A DNA stretch of 64,000 nucleotides from Entomortierella parvispora E1425. Taxonomy: Eukaryota; Fungi; Mortierellomycota. Each line of letters starts with the position of its first letter. The first letter of the stretch is position 1. The DNA lies in the NCBI GenBank assembly GCA_020891255.1, contig BQFW01000006.1:2372475-2436474 (forward strand), given 5' to 3'. Below, in pieces: positions 40,515 through 52,617 of the stretch. The notes below the pieces were generated by a model that made no database searches, was not told the DNA's origin, and saw only the letters and a program-made list of their open reading frames with translations. A program made the translations under genes and the position numbers.

Positions 40515-41771
40515 ATGTTGTCGCAACGGGCCTTCTCACGGCTGGTCTCCCTTGCCAACGCTTCAAGCCTCGTCCGCACCGGCTCCTCTTCGCTCAGGAC
40601 CTTCACCACTGGATCCACCACTGGCAGAGGCACTCTTTTCAGCTGCTACTCAAGACTCTCAGCATCAAAACATTCGTCACCTTTGGCAGCTGTATCCAGT
40701 ACATATGCCCTTGGCCGGTCCCTGACCGCCCCCAAGGCCTTCCAAGGACAGATCCTTCGTGGGTTCTCACAACGGACAGAATTGTTCTCACGACCCGTAT
40801 TTATTTCAAGCACCTCGCCCCGATCTCTTCGAGTTCAACTTCAGCAACATCAGAGGAGGGCCTATTCAGATTATCCCCAGAGGAGAAGGCGGCCCTTCCG
40901 GTTCTTGTTTAAGGTGATGCTCATCTCTTCGGCACTGGTGGCTCTGCCGGCGATCATTGTCTTTGGAGCACCCGTTGCCAGTTTGTTTGTCATCCCTTTG
41001 GCAGTTGGTAGTATCGTTGGAGGCGCCCTCTTGTTGACAGGCGGAGTCCTGTTCCTGGCTTTGCCCATGGCCGCCGTTGGAGGAGCCATAGCCCTGTACG
41101 TCTTTTCGATGCCCGCTGCCGTGGCTATCAAGGATATGAACAATATTCTCAAGCGAGAGAGCGGGGAGCATTACAAGACCGCTCTGGCCGCCTTGGGACC
41201 TGACTGGGAAGTTCAATCCTCCTCCCCGGACGAGTGGTTCCGATGGGAGTTTCCCACCAGAACGGGACAGCTGGACAGGATCAATATCCGGATGGCTGTT
41301 TTTGACCCCAATGACCAGAGTGGACGCAAGGAGCGCATGTTCCGGTTCCTGGACCGGATCGAGAGCGAGTCATCCGAGGAAGAGCTTGTCGTGATCGATG
41401 GAGAAGAAAAGCAGAGGGAAAAGAAGGTGATCAGGAGTGGCAACTTTGAAATAAGCAACAACTCGGAGTCGCTCAAGGTCCAGCACCTTCATATCAAGCG
41501 GGAGCAGGACCACGTTCTCATTACAATGGAGGACCGTGGCGAGCGGCTGATGGAGCAAAAGTGGGCCAGGAAGTACCTTGATTTGGCCAGGATCGTCGAT
41601 CGTGCGGCGACGGAGATGGAAGCGCAACATCCAGGTCTGAGCCTGGGCCAGCAAGTGGTGCTCGTCCACCGGAACGAAAGGTCGCTCTGGAACAGGCTCT
41701 CGTTCTACGGCGACGTCGCGGTGCGTGTGCCAGTGGACCGTCAATGGGTCAAGGACCTGTCCGAGCTGTAG
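40515..41771 (+). CDS. Hypothetical single-exon protein with a probable mitochondrial presequence and hydrophobic membrane hairpin (418 aa)
   Basis: N-terminus rich in Arg/Ser/Leu with almost no acidic residues (MLSQRAFSRLVSLANASSLVRT). Long Gly/Ala/Pro-containing hydrophobic stretch followed by a soluble domain. Confidence 0.7.
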   Translation: MLSQRAFSRLVSLANASSLVRTGSSSLRTFTTGSTTGRGTLFSCYSRLSASKHSSPLAAVSSTYALGRSLTAPKAFQGQILRGFSQRTELFSRPVFISSTSPRSLRVQLQQHQRRAYSDYPQRRRRPFRFLFKVMLISSALVALPAIIVFGAPVASLFVIPLAVGSIVGGALLLTGGVLFLALPMAAVGGAIALYVFSMPAAVAIKDMNNILKRESGEHYKTALAALGPDWEVQSSSPDEWFRWEFPTRTGQLDRINIRMAVFDPNDQSGRKERMFRFLDRIESESSEEELVVIDGEEKQREKKVIRSGNFEISNNSESLKVQHLHIKREQDHVLITMEDRGERLMEQKWARKYLDLARIVDRAATEMEAQHPGLSLGQQVVLVHRNERSLWNRLSFYGDVAVRVPVDRQWVKDLSEL

Positions 41772-41970
41772 AGAGAGCACCGCACCCATAGTAATAAAGC
41801 AAAAAAGAACCACAGGCGCAAATGCAATCGGAGCCTTCATAATTATCGATGAGAAATCGCTCTCTGTCTTTTCGTTCTTTCGTTCCTCCTTCCTTCCTTC
41901 CTCTCTTCATTCGATTGCGCATCCTTCCCTCCTCTCTCCATTCACCTCTCCATGCTCCCTGTGCGCTGCA

Positions 41971-44557
41971 ATGTCTGATTCTTACCCTGCATCAGATCCG
42001 ATCCCGGACATGACTCGCCTCACCTTGTCCCCCGCACCTGTCCACCATGGTGACATGCATGACCCTCGCCATGAGACTCGGCCACGCAGTGAAAGGCGTT
42101 TGTCTTCCTCGTCCTCTTCTTCCTTGCCCTCACGCACCCCCCTCTCATCCCAGGCACGCAACCCACAGCTGCATGCCGTTGACGACTCCTCGCTTCTGCC
42201 CCTGTCTTCAACACCACCCCCTGTCCCGGATCGAAACCGGTCTTCGCCTGCATCTCAGGAACAGTCGCACCACCCGCAGAACCCGCAGGGGCTGCTCGAG
42301 TCGTCCGTGCCTATGGACGTGTGGGCGGATCAAGGGCATTACCCGCTATTTCTGGACAAGGTCTCAGAGCTCGCTATTCCTGTTCGAGGAGGAACCCGTC
42401 TCGTACTCACGGGCGAGAACTTTCGAGGTACAGTGCAGAAAAAGAACTGCAGGGTCTTTCGCCTCGCTAGAAAGCAGATGTTCAAGTCCTTTTCATTCTC
42501 TAGATGGCATCCAAGTCGTGTTTGAATGTCCCCAACTCGGCGACGCTGTAGAAGCCAAAGTGATCACACCGTTTGTATTACAGAGCACTGAACTCGAGAT
42601 GTTGAGCCCGTGTTTCATGGACTGGTGGGCCCATTTGATCTCGACAACGACTCTGCCTCCGAGAGGATTGGATTTGACTGTCAAACTTATCTGCCCTGGA
42701 GCTACGCTTCCCTCGGACATGGAAACACCGTTCGGAATGGTCGCGTTGGAAGGTAAAAAACAAAACATACTGCCAGTGTCAGTAGTCAGAACAAAGAGTC
42801 AAATTTCCGTTCTTTCATCCCTTGTTAACATGATCGCTTCTTTGTAGATTCGGAAAAGGATCTGCTGCAAGTAATTGTGGGCTTGCACCGTCAGTTGATA
42901 TACGCCAGCCTGAGCAGCAAACAGGACATGGAGGAGCAGAGCAATGTACATCCGCCACTCAATTTCAAAAACAAAAAGTGGCCTCACAAAATGATGGATG
43001 GGGCATGAGAGCTAACTTTTCTATCCCCCTTTTCATAATCTGCTGTAGACGCGACAGAGGACATTGGCACTTTTGGAGCTGGATCGACCTTCAAGCGTCA
43101 CGCAGTCGGAACATCTTGCACTCGGAGTCATCTACATGCTCTGCGATGGAAAGGACAGGATCTCCTCCAAGGGCTTGGAGCTGATGACTGCTCGGTCACC
43201 AGGAGGCCACGACATGCTCCATCTATCTGTGGTATTGGGCCTGTCGACTTTAACTCGCGAAATTGCCCGACACCTTTTGAACCACTACCACAGTCTCCTC
43301 CAAGGGGATATCACGTCGATTCCTCCAGGAGTGTTGGCTGCTGATGCCAATGGATTGACCGCCTTGGATTTCGCCGTAATTATGGGCCATTACGAGATTG
43401 AGCAAGTGTTGATTGCGACCTTGGAGGCAGCAAGCGAATTCAATGAGGCGTATCTGGCGTCGCTGACAGCCAGACCACTCCCGACAACACCAAACAGTGT
43501 GGTCGCGAGTCGGCCCTTACCGCCAACACCACATGGACCCACCCCAGAGCCCACTACTCACATGGATGGCGGAGGACCTGGGATGGCGACCTCAGTCTCT
43601 TATTTTCCTACATATCCAAACAACGAGCAGGCATACCACCCATCAGTAACGGCAGAAAATACAGCCACAACTGGACATTTGCCGACTTCCATGCCAGCGC
43701 AGCGGATCCAAACTGCTCACGCTCTTATTTTACATGAAGGCGCCCTTGAAGCCACGACACCGGTGTCGACAGCATATACCCAAATGAGCCACCAATCCGC
43801 CCTTGTGGCCTCTCCCTCCCTTGAAGCGACCTCAAGGCTACACCGTCACGATCAAACCTATCAGTCCTACCAGAAACAACAGCAACAGCAAGACTATTCG
43901 CAACAGGAGCATGCCCACCCTCCATTGCCGTCACGCGCAAATACAGAACCGCTACCACCACGGCAGCTGCCAATCCTCGAGCAATACAACAATGGCCACT
44001 TTGATAACCATAGTGATGATCTTCGTCAACATCACAGTTATTCAAACGAGCCATCCCCTCAGGAGATCTACAAATCATCCGTAGCACCTTTCCGTCCTCT
44101 GCCGGCCACACCTGTCCCACCACCAGCGCCTCTTCCGCCACCAAAGCACATTGTGAAGAGAGTGAATCGACCCAAGCAGTTTACAATCCCTGCAGTAGGC
44201 AGCGAACCGGGCAGGAGTTCAAGCTCAGGAAGCATCAACAGTGGAAGTTCAGGAAGCAGTACCTCACCCTCTCTACCGCTCTATCCTCCCACATACCGTC
44301 CTCAACCCTTACCTCAGATCCAGCCGCCTATCTATCCTCCTTCCTTACAGCAAGTTTCGCCACCCCCTCTTCAAAGCTTGTACCCTCCGCAACAACCACA
44401 GCCTCACCCTCACCCTCAACATTTCCATTCATATCCATACCAGACTCATCCATATCCTCCACAACAGCCTCCACAGCAGCCCCCTTTCCCACAGCCGTTC
44501 ATGTCGCAGCCAATACCGCAGCAGCACCAGGCGTATCCATATCCACAACAAAATTGA
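41971..44557 (+). CDS. IPT/TIG plus ankyrin-repeat protein with a Pro/Gln-rich C-terminus
   Basis: TIG-like segment PVRGGTRLVLTGENFR|DGIQVVF. Ankyrin-like segments GHDMLHLSVVLG and DANGLTALDFAVIMGHYEIEQVLI. Exons are joined by GT-AG introns (some boundaries approximate). Confidence 0.7.
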
Positions 44558-44685
44558 AAATAACAGTGGTCATCAAAGAGACCATGTCCTTTTCTCAATG
44601 GGAGCAGGGCGGGGGGAAAAGTTTCAACTGAAGAAGAGTGGCCAAAGAAAACCAAAAATTGTGAATGTATTTTTTATTCTTTTTT

Positions 44686-47304
44686 TTACAAGATGATGGA
44701 TAAGAAGGCCGATTGTAGGTTATAAAGGTGGTTGGTCCCATGGACGAGGTAAACTCCTCCAAACAAAAGCGACAACATGACCATACCGGATACAGCTTGA
44801 GATTCTGGTAGCAAAGACAAGAGAGGTAATGAAGAAGACGGAGATGATAAAGTAGATGTTGATGAAGTCGAAGAGGTCGTGGAGGAAGACAGCGAGGACG
44901 AAGGGAGGAGGGAGAGGTTACTCTGACTATTTCTCCGTTTGGAAGACCATTTCTTGACCGAGTTGATTCCTTTGGGTTTTGAGATGGAAGAGGATGTCAA
45001 GTAATCCTCTGCAGGGTGACCCTTTTCCAGTTGCGGTGGATGATGAGGCTGAAGCGGGTGTTCTTGTATCTCTTGATCGTAAAACAATTGCCGGGACTGA
45101 GAGAAATGCAAAGGCTCCAGGGGATGAGGCGGATGTTGCATGGGTATCTGGGCTGAATATGGCTCGAGGCAGATCTGGTCAAATTCGGCCTGTTGTTGGT
45201 AGTGCTGCGGTGGTAGTTGTTGTTGTGATGAGCAGTATGGGTATTCTGGATGCTGAAGAGGCGATTGAGAAGAGTAGACGGTTGAGGTGGTAGTTGCAGT
45301 CGATCCACGCAGATGTTCCAATTCGGTGGTTCGGATCTGTCGTCTTCGACTTGGATTGTTTCGACTGCGAATCATTGTCCAGTAGTCCATCATCTCCTCG
45401 GCTTCTTCTTCAACTCGGTCCTTCCTGGAAAGTCCCCTTTCGTCATCTTCGCTTTCTTCCTCTTCTCTGGTGGTACCTAGTTCTAATTCTTCCAGCCTCC
45501 GGACAGAGTATAGATCTGGTTCTGAGTAAGAGGATCGTCGAGCGCCTCGAATAGAGAGTTTCCTGTCCTTGAACAGTGACGACACTGACGATCCAACACC
45601 GACTCCCGCCGCAGCTTTGATATCTGCTTCCTCCATTTCATGGTCCTCCTCTTTCAGAGAGTCATTGTTTCCGCCCAACATGCCTCCGTACCAGGAATGA
45701 GGTCGCTTATTTTGCTTCTCTCTTTCTGGTCTTGAGGATATTGTTCGTTTCAAAGACAGAGTCGTCGATAGCGAAGCAAGCGACGGTAAAGATTGCGTCC
45801 ATGGTACCTTGATCAGTTTCTTCTTTTCTTCTACAGCCACTCCTGATCTCTCATCCCCGATCTCTTTCTCGAAATTCACGTCGTCCTCCCGTTCTGCAGT
45901 CAACACGTTATACTTGACAAGATTCGAGCTCACTTTTGGTCTTGCCTTATCACCCTTATTGGCATCTGTTCCGAATCCAGTCCTTTTTGGCAAGGCGCCT
46001 GTCGAGGGTCCAGGAGCCCTGGGCATATCTGCCCGAAGTCGACCATATTGGATAAGTTCCGCCTGAGTCATGATCTGCTTCATGAGCACGTACCGCCGGA
46101 TTGGCTGATGAGAATGCAAGTGATGAGCGGCGTGAACATACATCCGGCCGAGATCTGTAGACGAAATGGTGCCCAGGATCTGGGCTGACATGGCTGGATC
46201 CAATAAAAAACTGGAGGAGGGGTGTTGTTGGCGATGTCGACGTCTTGGAGGTGCTTGTGGTTGTGGGGGATGACATGGCTTTGAGAGATCCTTCAAGAGG
46301 GCGGCCGTCGATAGGGGTGGATTGGACGTGTCCGTCAACGAGGGTCGGGTGTGTGGATGACTGTACCACGAGAGCGCGTCAGAATCTGTAGGAATTGTTG
46401 TCGTGGACGAAACCTTGATCAGAGAAGGTTGCGGCGCGTTGTTTGTGCGACTTTCGGGGATGTTGAGGGAGGGCAAGAGGACAGGCAAAGGGCGCGGGGA
46501 GATGACCACTGGGGGGGTTTCCTTCATTGGGTCATCTCTACACAACTCAAGAGAAGATGGAGGCGAAAGCAATGGCGGGGAAGGAAGTAGGGTGTGGGCT
46601 GCACTGTTTGACTCTGGTTTCTGTCCATGGTGGTGATGGTGATGGTGCACGTACAGATGGATCGCAAGACTCGATGGCGACTCTGGAGAGGAGGCAGTCA
46701 AGGGTGGTGAGGGTAGGATAGATGCTTGTGTCTGCGTATGCAATGGAGGAATGGTGATTCGCGGTGTGGATAGCAGGCGCTGTTTCCTGGGTGACTTTTC
46801 TATCTGTGGTTCCTGCTGCGCTTCGTACAGATTGGAATCGTTCTCCATCATCGTCACTTCGAGTCCCAAGTCTCCCAGCTTTTCGACATAGGATGACGGA
46901 GGCGAGAGTCGACGATGAGTCTGCCGCTGGTCGTGATTCTGTTGGATACGCTGTTGCGGTTGCGGCTGCGGTTGCGGTTGCTGTTGCTGTTGCTGATGCT
47001 GTTGTCGCAACAACTTCAGTCTCTGTATTGACTCGGCAGAAATATGTGAATGTTCATTACCCATCCCACCTGCTCCGCCACCGCCATCACGTCGACGACC
47101 ACGATGATCTCGATCCCTCGAGGGGGGTTGTAGACCATTCATGAAGGCCAGTTCATGGTACTTTTCATCCAGATCCGAATTCCTATCTTTGCCCACTGGA
47201 AGACCGAATGAAAGGTCTCTATTATTTCTGGCTCGGTTGTTGAGGTTGTCGAGGAATGTCTGGGCTTGAGCACACCGGGGTACCGGGGGACAGACAGACT
47301 GCAT
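44686..47304 (-). CDS. Large low-complexity hypothetical protein (872 aa, single exon)
   Basis: 2.6-kb ORF with Q/P/S/H-rich segments, one ordered-looking block (MYVHAAHHL...IRRYVLMKQIMTQAELIQYG) and a hydrophobic C-terminus. Confidence 0.65.
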   Translation of the reverse strand: MQSVCPPVPRCAQAQTFLDNLNNRARNNRDLSFGLPVGKDRNSDLDEKYHELAFMNGLQPPSRDRDHRGRRRDGGGGAGGMGNEHSHISAESIQRLKLLRQQHQQQQQQPQPQPQPQQRIQQNHDQRQTHRRLSPPSSYVEKLGDLGLEVTMMENDSNLYEAQQEPQIEKSPRKQRLLSTPRITIPPLHTQTQASILPSPPLTASSPESPSSLAIHLYVHHHHHHHGQKPESNSAAHTLLPSPPLLSPPSSLELCRDDPMKETPPVVISPRPLPVLLPSLNIPESRTNNAPQPSLIKVSSTTTIPTDSDALSWYSHPHTRPSLTDTSNPPLSTAALLKDLSKPCHPPQPQAPPRRRHRQQHPSSSFLLDPAMSAQILGTISSTDLGRMYVHAAHHLHSHQPIRRYVLMKQIMTQAELIQYGRLRADMPRAPGPSTGALPKRTGFGTDANKGDKARPKVSSNLVKYNVLTAEREDDVNFEKEIGDERSGVAVEEKKKLIKVPWTQSLPSLASLSTTLSLKRTISSRPEREKQNKRPHSWYGGMLGGNNDSLKEEDHEMEEADIKAAAGVGVGSSVSSLFKDRKLSIRGARRSSYSEPDLYSVRRLEELELGTTREEEESEDDERGLSRKDRVEEEAEEMMDYWTMIRSRNNPSRRRQIRTTELEHLRGSTATTTSTVYSSQSPLQHPEYPYCSSQQQLPPQHYQQQAEFDQICLEPYSAQIPMQHPPHPLEPLHFSQSRQLFYDQEIQEHPLQPHHPPQLEKGHPAEDYLTSSSISKPKGINSVKKWSSKRRNSQSNLSLLPSSSLSSSTTSSTSSTSTLSSPSSSLPLLSLLPESQAVSGMVMLSLLFGGVYLVHGTNHLYNLQSAFLSIIL

Positions 47305-48337
47305 CCTTCTTGTTGAATAACTCTGTGCCTTTTTGTTTTACGGTGTCGGATTTTCACAATGAGAGACGAGGAATATGATGAGATGCACCAACAAAAGAAG
47401 ATCAAATGATCCGAACAAGGTGGATCGAGCTCAATGGGTTGATGAGCGAGTGGGAAGAGGCAGAATGTGCAGTTCTGCTTTGTTTAAAGGATTGTGAACA
47501 GGGTATCTCGTGTGATGGGTATATGGAGGACGTGGATGTGGAGGAGGTAATATGTCAGATGGACTCGATGGCTGTGCGATTGTGGAGGTCCTTGTTGGAG
47601 CGCGAGAGCCCGTCAAGGACAGTTCCTGGAGGGGAGAGATGAAAGAGGGGCAGGCGGGGGAGAGAGGGGGAAGAAAGAAAGGAAGACAGAAAGAGAGGGA
47701 GGGGAAGAAAGCCGAACAAAGTGGTGGGCAGTGGGAATGAAGGCCATTCACATTTAACCCGACAAGGTGTATTTTTCTCTTCTTGCAGCAGCAACAACAG
47801 CGTAAGCATTGCTGGACAATTGATCGCGTGCAAAGGATGAAGGGTGTGAGAGGCAGGGATGTTGTTATCAAACGCAAACCCTGGCCAGGTTCAGTCCAGT
47901 CCGAGATGCTACCAACAAACGAGGGCCAAGGATGCAGGACTGCCAGGGTTAGAAACGACTCTGGTACTATGCTCGCTTCTTTGGCCCCATTAGGCCACGG
48001 CAACCAACAAAAAGAAGAGGACCAGTCCCCCCGATTCCAATCTCGACCCTTTTGCACTCTTTTGCTCTGCTCAACTTTGGTGAAAGAATGTTGTTCTGTG
48101 TTTGTTGTTTGGTTGAACCAAAAAAAAAAAAAAAAAAAAAAAAAGAACATCCCCTTTTTCTGCATGTCACAGACGAGATCAAAGCAGCTCGAGATTTATT
48201 CAGCCAGGCCAATGGAGGCAACGAAAAATGACCTGGTATTGGGGTAAAATGCGATATGTATAGGTTGCCGCCGATCCCTTCCAACCGTCGGGGCTGTTTG
48301 GTTCCTTCATCTCGTTGCTGCGATGACGCCCGCCTCA

Positions 48338-51300
48338 TCACATGGTCGTACTTCTCACAAACACTTCTCGGTCCCGATCGGAGGAAAGGGATGACACCGG
48401 GCTATTGCTGCCATCGTCCTCTACAGATCCACCGATCACCAAAGCGCCTCCTGGCCCCCCTCCCCGGCCTTTGGAGCCAGCTCTCCTCCGGTTTGACCGC
48501 GCCAACCGTGCCTTGACAGAATCCAACAACTGCTGTCTTTGCTCACCAAACCGCCAGATTTTCAGCAGAGCTTCAATCTCCTGAATCCGACTGATCGACG
48601 CCGCTGCAGCCGCCAATGACTTTGGTGTGATGATACTGCTCGACGCCCCAGTGGCTACGCTACTTCCATTGCTTGATCCTCCAGGAGGGATAAAGCTGCT
48701 GCCGTTACTGCTGACACTACTATTCCTGCGATGATTAAAAGTACCGTGACGAGGCGATGACGCCGAGGACTCGAGTGAAGATCGTGCCGTCCCGCCATTG
48801 CATTCCATGGAGACCGGTTGCATGCTCAGGTTTAAAGCACAAAGCATGTCTTCTGTGACTTGGAGGGCTTCATCTAAAACATGAATTTCACTCACGGCCA
48901 AACTCGTCTCCAAAAGTACAGCGACAATCGATCTCATGCCCAAACGGATAGCTCTGTAGAGGACGTGTTGATTCTTGGGGTGTGTTGGAGGGTAGGGGTC
49001 CTCGTACTCCAAACTGAGATCCAGGTTCACACCACACTCCACGTTGAGCCAGCGTATCAGGTCTGCCAGTTTCTTCAAGCTCTCTTCCTTGGCCTCTTCC
49101 TCTGGTGATAGGACTCCGGCGCTGGCATTGTTGACCAATTCCGGCTGTTGTTGCGCAACAGACACCTCAGCCACAGTGCTGATCCTTGGGAGCGAGGAAA
49201 AGGTGCTACTGTTGGACAAAATCGACGCCGATGACCTCTTTCGGTTATGACCACCAAAAGTACCCATTCCAGATATGCCTAATCCCGAACTTCCAGCAGG
49301 CGGAGGGTTGCTGCTAGAGCCCAGAGCCGCAACTGTGGCCTGATCCAATGACATCCTATCGATACTCTTGCTCTTCAAAAGGACCTGTATCACGCCCTCA
49401 TGTCTTTTTGTCAGTGCATTCACATCTGCGCCAGCATCCACCAAGATCTTGAGCGCCGGCGCTGGATCCTGATTATAATGGGCGACAAAATGAAGTGCTG
49501 TCCATTGGTTGCTGTCTCGTGCGTTCACATCGATATCCCGAGTCAGCAAAAGCATCATGGCGTCCAGATAGGGCTTTTCGCTTGCACTGAGCAAGTGCAG
49601 CGCTGTCCACATGACCGGGCCTTTCGCATCCACCTCTGCTCCAAAGTCAAGTAAAAGTCGCATGGGCTCCAGTGGCGATACCTTGGCCCTCTCTGCTAGG
49701 TAATGGAGAGGCGTCTGTCGAGAGACACTGACGGCGTTCGGGTTGGCACCTCGATCCAGAAGAAACTTCAAGACTGCTGGAGAAGGGTTGGGCCGTGAAC
49801 ATAGATGGTGCAGGAGCGTCTGCTTTGTCTTTTGGTCGTACGCATTGATCTCTGCTCCTCGATTGATCAGCAATTCCAGAATTGCAATGTTGGGTGTCTG
49901 GTTAGGGTTCTCCAAATCGGCCACTGCAGCCAACAGCGGGGTGTGGTCCGTGAGAGGGTCCCGTTGGTTGACAGAGATTCCCTGTGATAGGAGTGAATGT
50001 ATAGCCTTGACATCACCTTTCACAGCGGCCTCCCAGATCTGAATGTTTTTGCGTTTTGGTGAAGCAGGAGGCGAGTTCAAAGACATGTCCAGCGCTTTGC
50101 GTAGAATTGACGTCCGTTTCTTGACGAGTGGTGGCGATTTGGGAATCGGAGCCTCTGGGTTAGAGGATCGACTCGCAAAACTGCTTTGGATTGATGATGT
50201 ACTTTGTCCTGATTCTAAACCAGAGTCAAGAGTTCATAATAACTTTAGTATATGAGCATTTGCTTTCACCATGCTTTCGGACATGAAAAGAAGTAATTCT
50301 TACCAGCAATGACAGAAGGCGTGGTGACGACCGAAATCAATGATATGGGTTTCTTGGCGTTTAGTTGAATACCCGTAGTGCCTTTGTTGATAGGTTCCCG
50401 AACATGCAGATCGAAGGAGGTGTTGGCCATCTCCTTTAGCTGAGACCGAATAACAAAGAGTCCCGGACGTTGTGCTGGGTCCCTGTGGCATATCCGTCGG
50501 ATCAGTGATTCCATGGCTGTGGGCAAGGTCATTGTTCCATGGGGTGTGGACATGGTCGGCAGTGGCGTTGATTCTCTCCCCGTCTTTGAACTCTCTTCCA
50601 GCCGCAAGTGATTGTGGTCAGCAGAGGATGAAGTCAAAAAATGACTGGCATGCGATCGGTGTCCCGTCATGATTTCTAGCATGATGACGCCCAACGCATA
50701 AATATCTGAGGCTGTCGTGCAGGGGTTGAGCTCTGGATTGGCCAATCGTTCCGGTGCTGTGTAAATCAGACCTTTTTCAAAGACGCTCCCTCCATGGACC
50801 CATCGAGAGCCAGGTGCCGCCCTTGGACTGGACGAGGGATGGCGCATCGGTGGTGACTGGTCTGCATAGGATTCTGGACGTCGCGCAGATCTTGATGACT
50901 GCCCAAAGTCGGTGAGGACGGCCGTCGGTCCGTTTTCGATGAGCACGTTGTCGCTGTGTAAATTCATGTGGAGTTGTCCGTGTTCATGCAGAAACATCAG
51001 CCCGCTTGCAACGCCACGAATGAGCCGGATTTTGTCCATCCAGTCCAGTGCTTCGCCTTGTGGAGACTTTAGAAACTCGTGCAGGGTGCCGTGAGCTGAG
51101 GGCTTGGTCACCAGCCAGTCCCGCGGATATACAACCGCCTCTGCTTGCTGCTCCTGCTGCTGCTGTTGCTGTTGGGATGATGATCCAGAGACGGACGAAA
51201 GCGATAGAGAGGAAATAGACATGGCCATAGTAGCAAGAGAACCCGCTCTTGCACCAAAGCCCATCGACGGTGTACTGACTATTGTGGACGAAGCAGATGT

Positions 51301-51844
51301 CGCCGCGGAGGGATGTTCCCGTGTTGCACCATAGAAGGTAACAATGTTGGGTGCTTGCGGGAGATCGCGCAGCTTACTGTAGGCATGCAGCATGTCCCGG
51401 AAATCTGCAGGGTCACGACTCCACTTGAGGACCACGGGTCTGTACTCTGGATCGGCTGTAGATGCTGATGTGGCGGAGGTGGACGAGGAGAGAGAGGAGG
51501 TGGAGTGAACCGAGGACGAGGACGTGAGTGCAGACTTGATCAGAGTCCCGCCATGGACCTCTGAGTACTCTGTGGCCTTGATGAGCGGATGTTTTATTAT
51601 CTACAGAAGCAGAGAGAGAGAGAGAGAGAGCCATGTTCATTGTCCAATACAGCGAGTTGTGAAGATATGGGTCAGTGAAGAGAAGAGTAGAAGGTTGAAC
51701 TGTCGCGTCCTTGACGCCAAGATTGTTGTAGACAAGGTCATGCATGATTCTTTTGGGGCAGGGCATGAACAAACTGGCCATAAAAGCAGACAACACAGGG
51801 GGATGTGTTACATTGTTGAAGTCGATGGAGGGCAGCATCGTCAT
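48338..51844 (-). CDS. Tyrosine-kinase-like pseudokinase fused to C-terminal ankyrin repeats (3 exons)
   Basis: Intron 51601-51811 joins MTMLPSIDFNN to IIKHP...VVLKW. A second GTAAGA...TTTAG intron (about 50217-50303) joins the kinase ORF in frame to the ankyrin ORF (HTPLLAAV, QTPLHYLA, WTALHLL, WTALHFVA). Confidence 0.8.
51609..51629 (+). repeat. (AG)n dinucleotide run within an intron
   Basis: About ten GA/AG copies forming the pyrimidine tract of the minus-strand intron. Confidence 0.7.
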
Positions 51845-52617
51845 TTGGGCGGTTGGGAAGGGAGTGATTTCGTGAGGGAGGGGAGGGAGGATTGGAATGA
51901 CGGCAAGAAGAGCAAGAAGGAGAAAATGAAATGACTGCAGTGAATTCTTCTTGGCAAGACGATGGCGGGCTGTTGTCGCGTCGACAATTCAAGCGAGCGG
52001 GCGGGGACGAGAGAGAGGAGGGAGGTGAAGGAGAAGAAATGGACGGGAGAATGGGACGGAGGGAGGATGGGAGACAGACAGGGACTCGTTCAATGATGAA
52101 AGGACGGTAAGAGGAGCAGGGGGGAAGGAAGAGGGGGCGATGAGGGGCGATGAGAGGATGTGCTTTCTTCTTGGACTGGTCAGGGAAGACCACGAAGACC
52201 AGACAGGACCAACAAAGAGAAAACAAGAGAGCAGAGCAACGGAAAAAAGAGACAAGAGGCAAGAAGAGACCAGACCATGCTCCAAAGACCGACGGGCTGT
52301 GTAACCATGATACGAAGATGAAAATGAAAGGCCGTGGGGTGAGATATGATGCGGCCTTTTTGTCCTCGCACAGTTGCTGCCCTCCCACCCTCTCACTCTC
52401 TCATCCATCCTCTCCCGCCTTCCTTGCCCTGGCCTGCCTGCCTGCCTGCAGGCTGGATGGATGGAGGGCAGGAATCACGTGGCCATCGCTCTTGCCGCGC
52501 GCCGTTGCACTGCGGTCTGAACTGAACTGCGGGCACCAGAGTCGCATCTCCATCCATTCAATCCAATCCAATCCATCCCTACACCTCCACCCACACATTC
52601 CATCTACACCACACACT

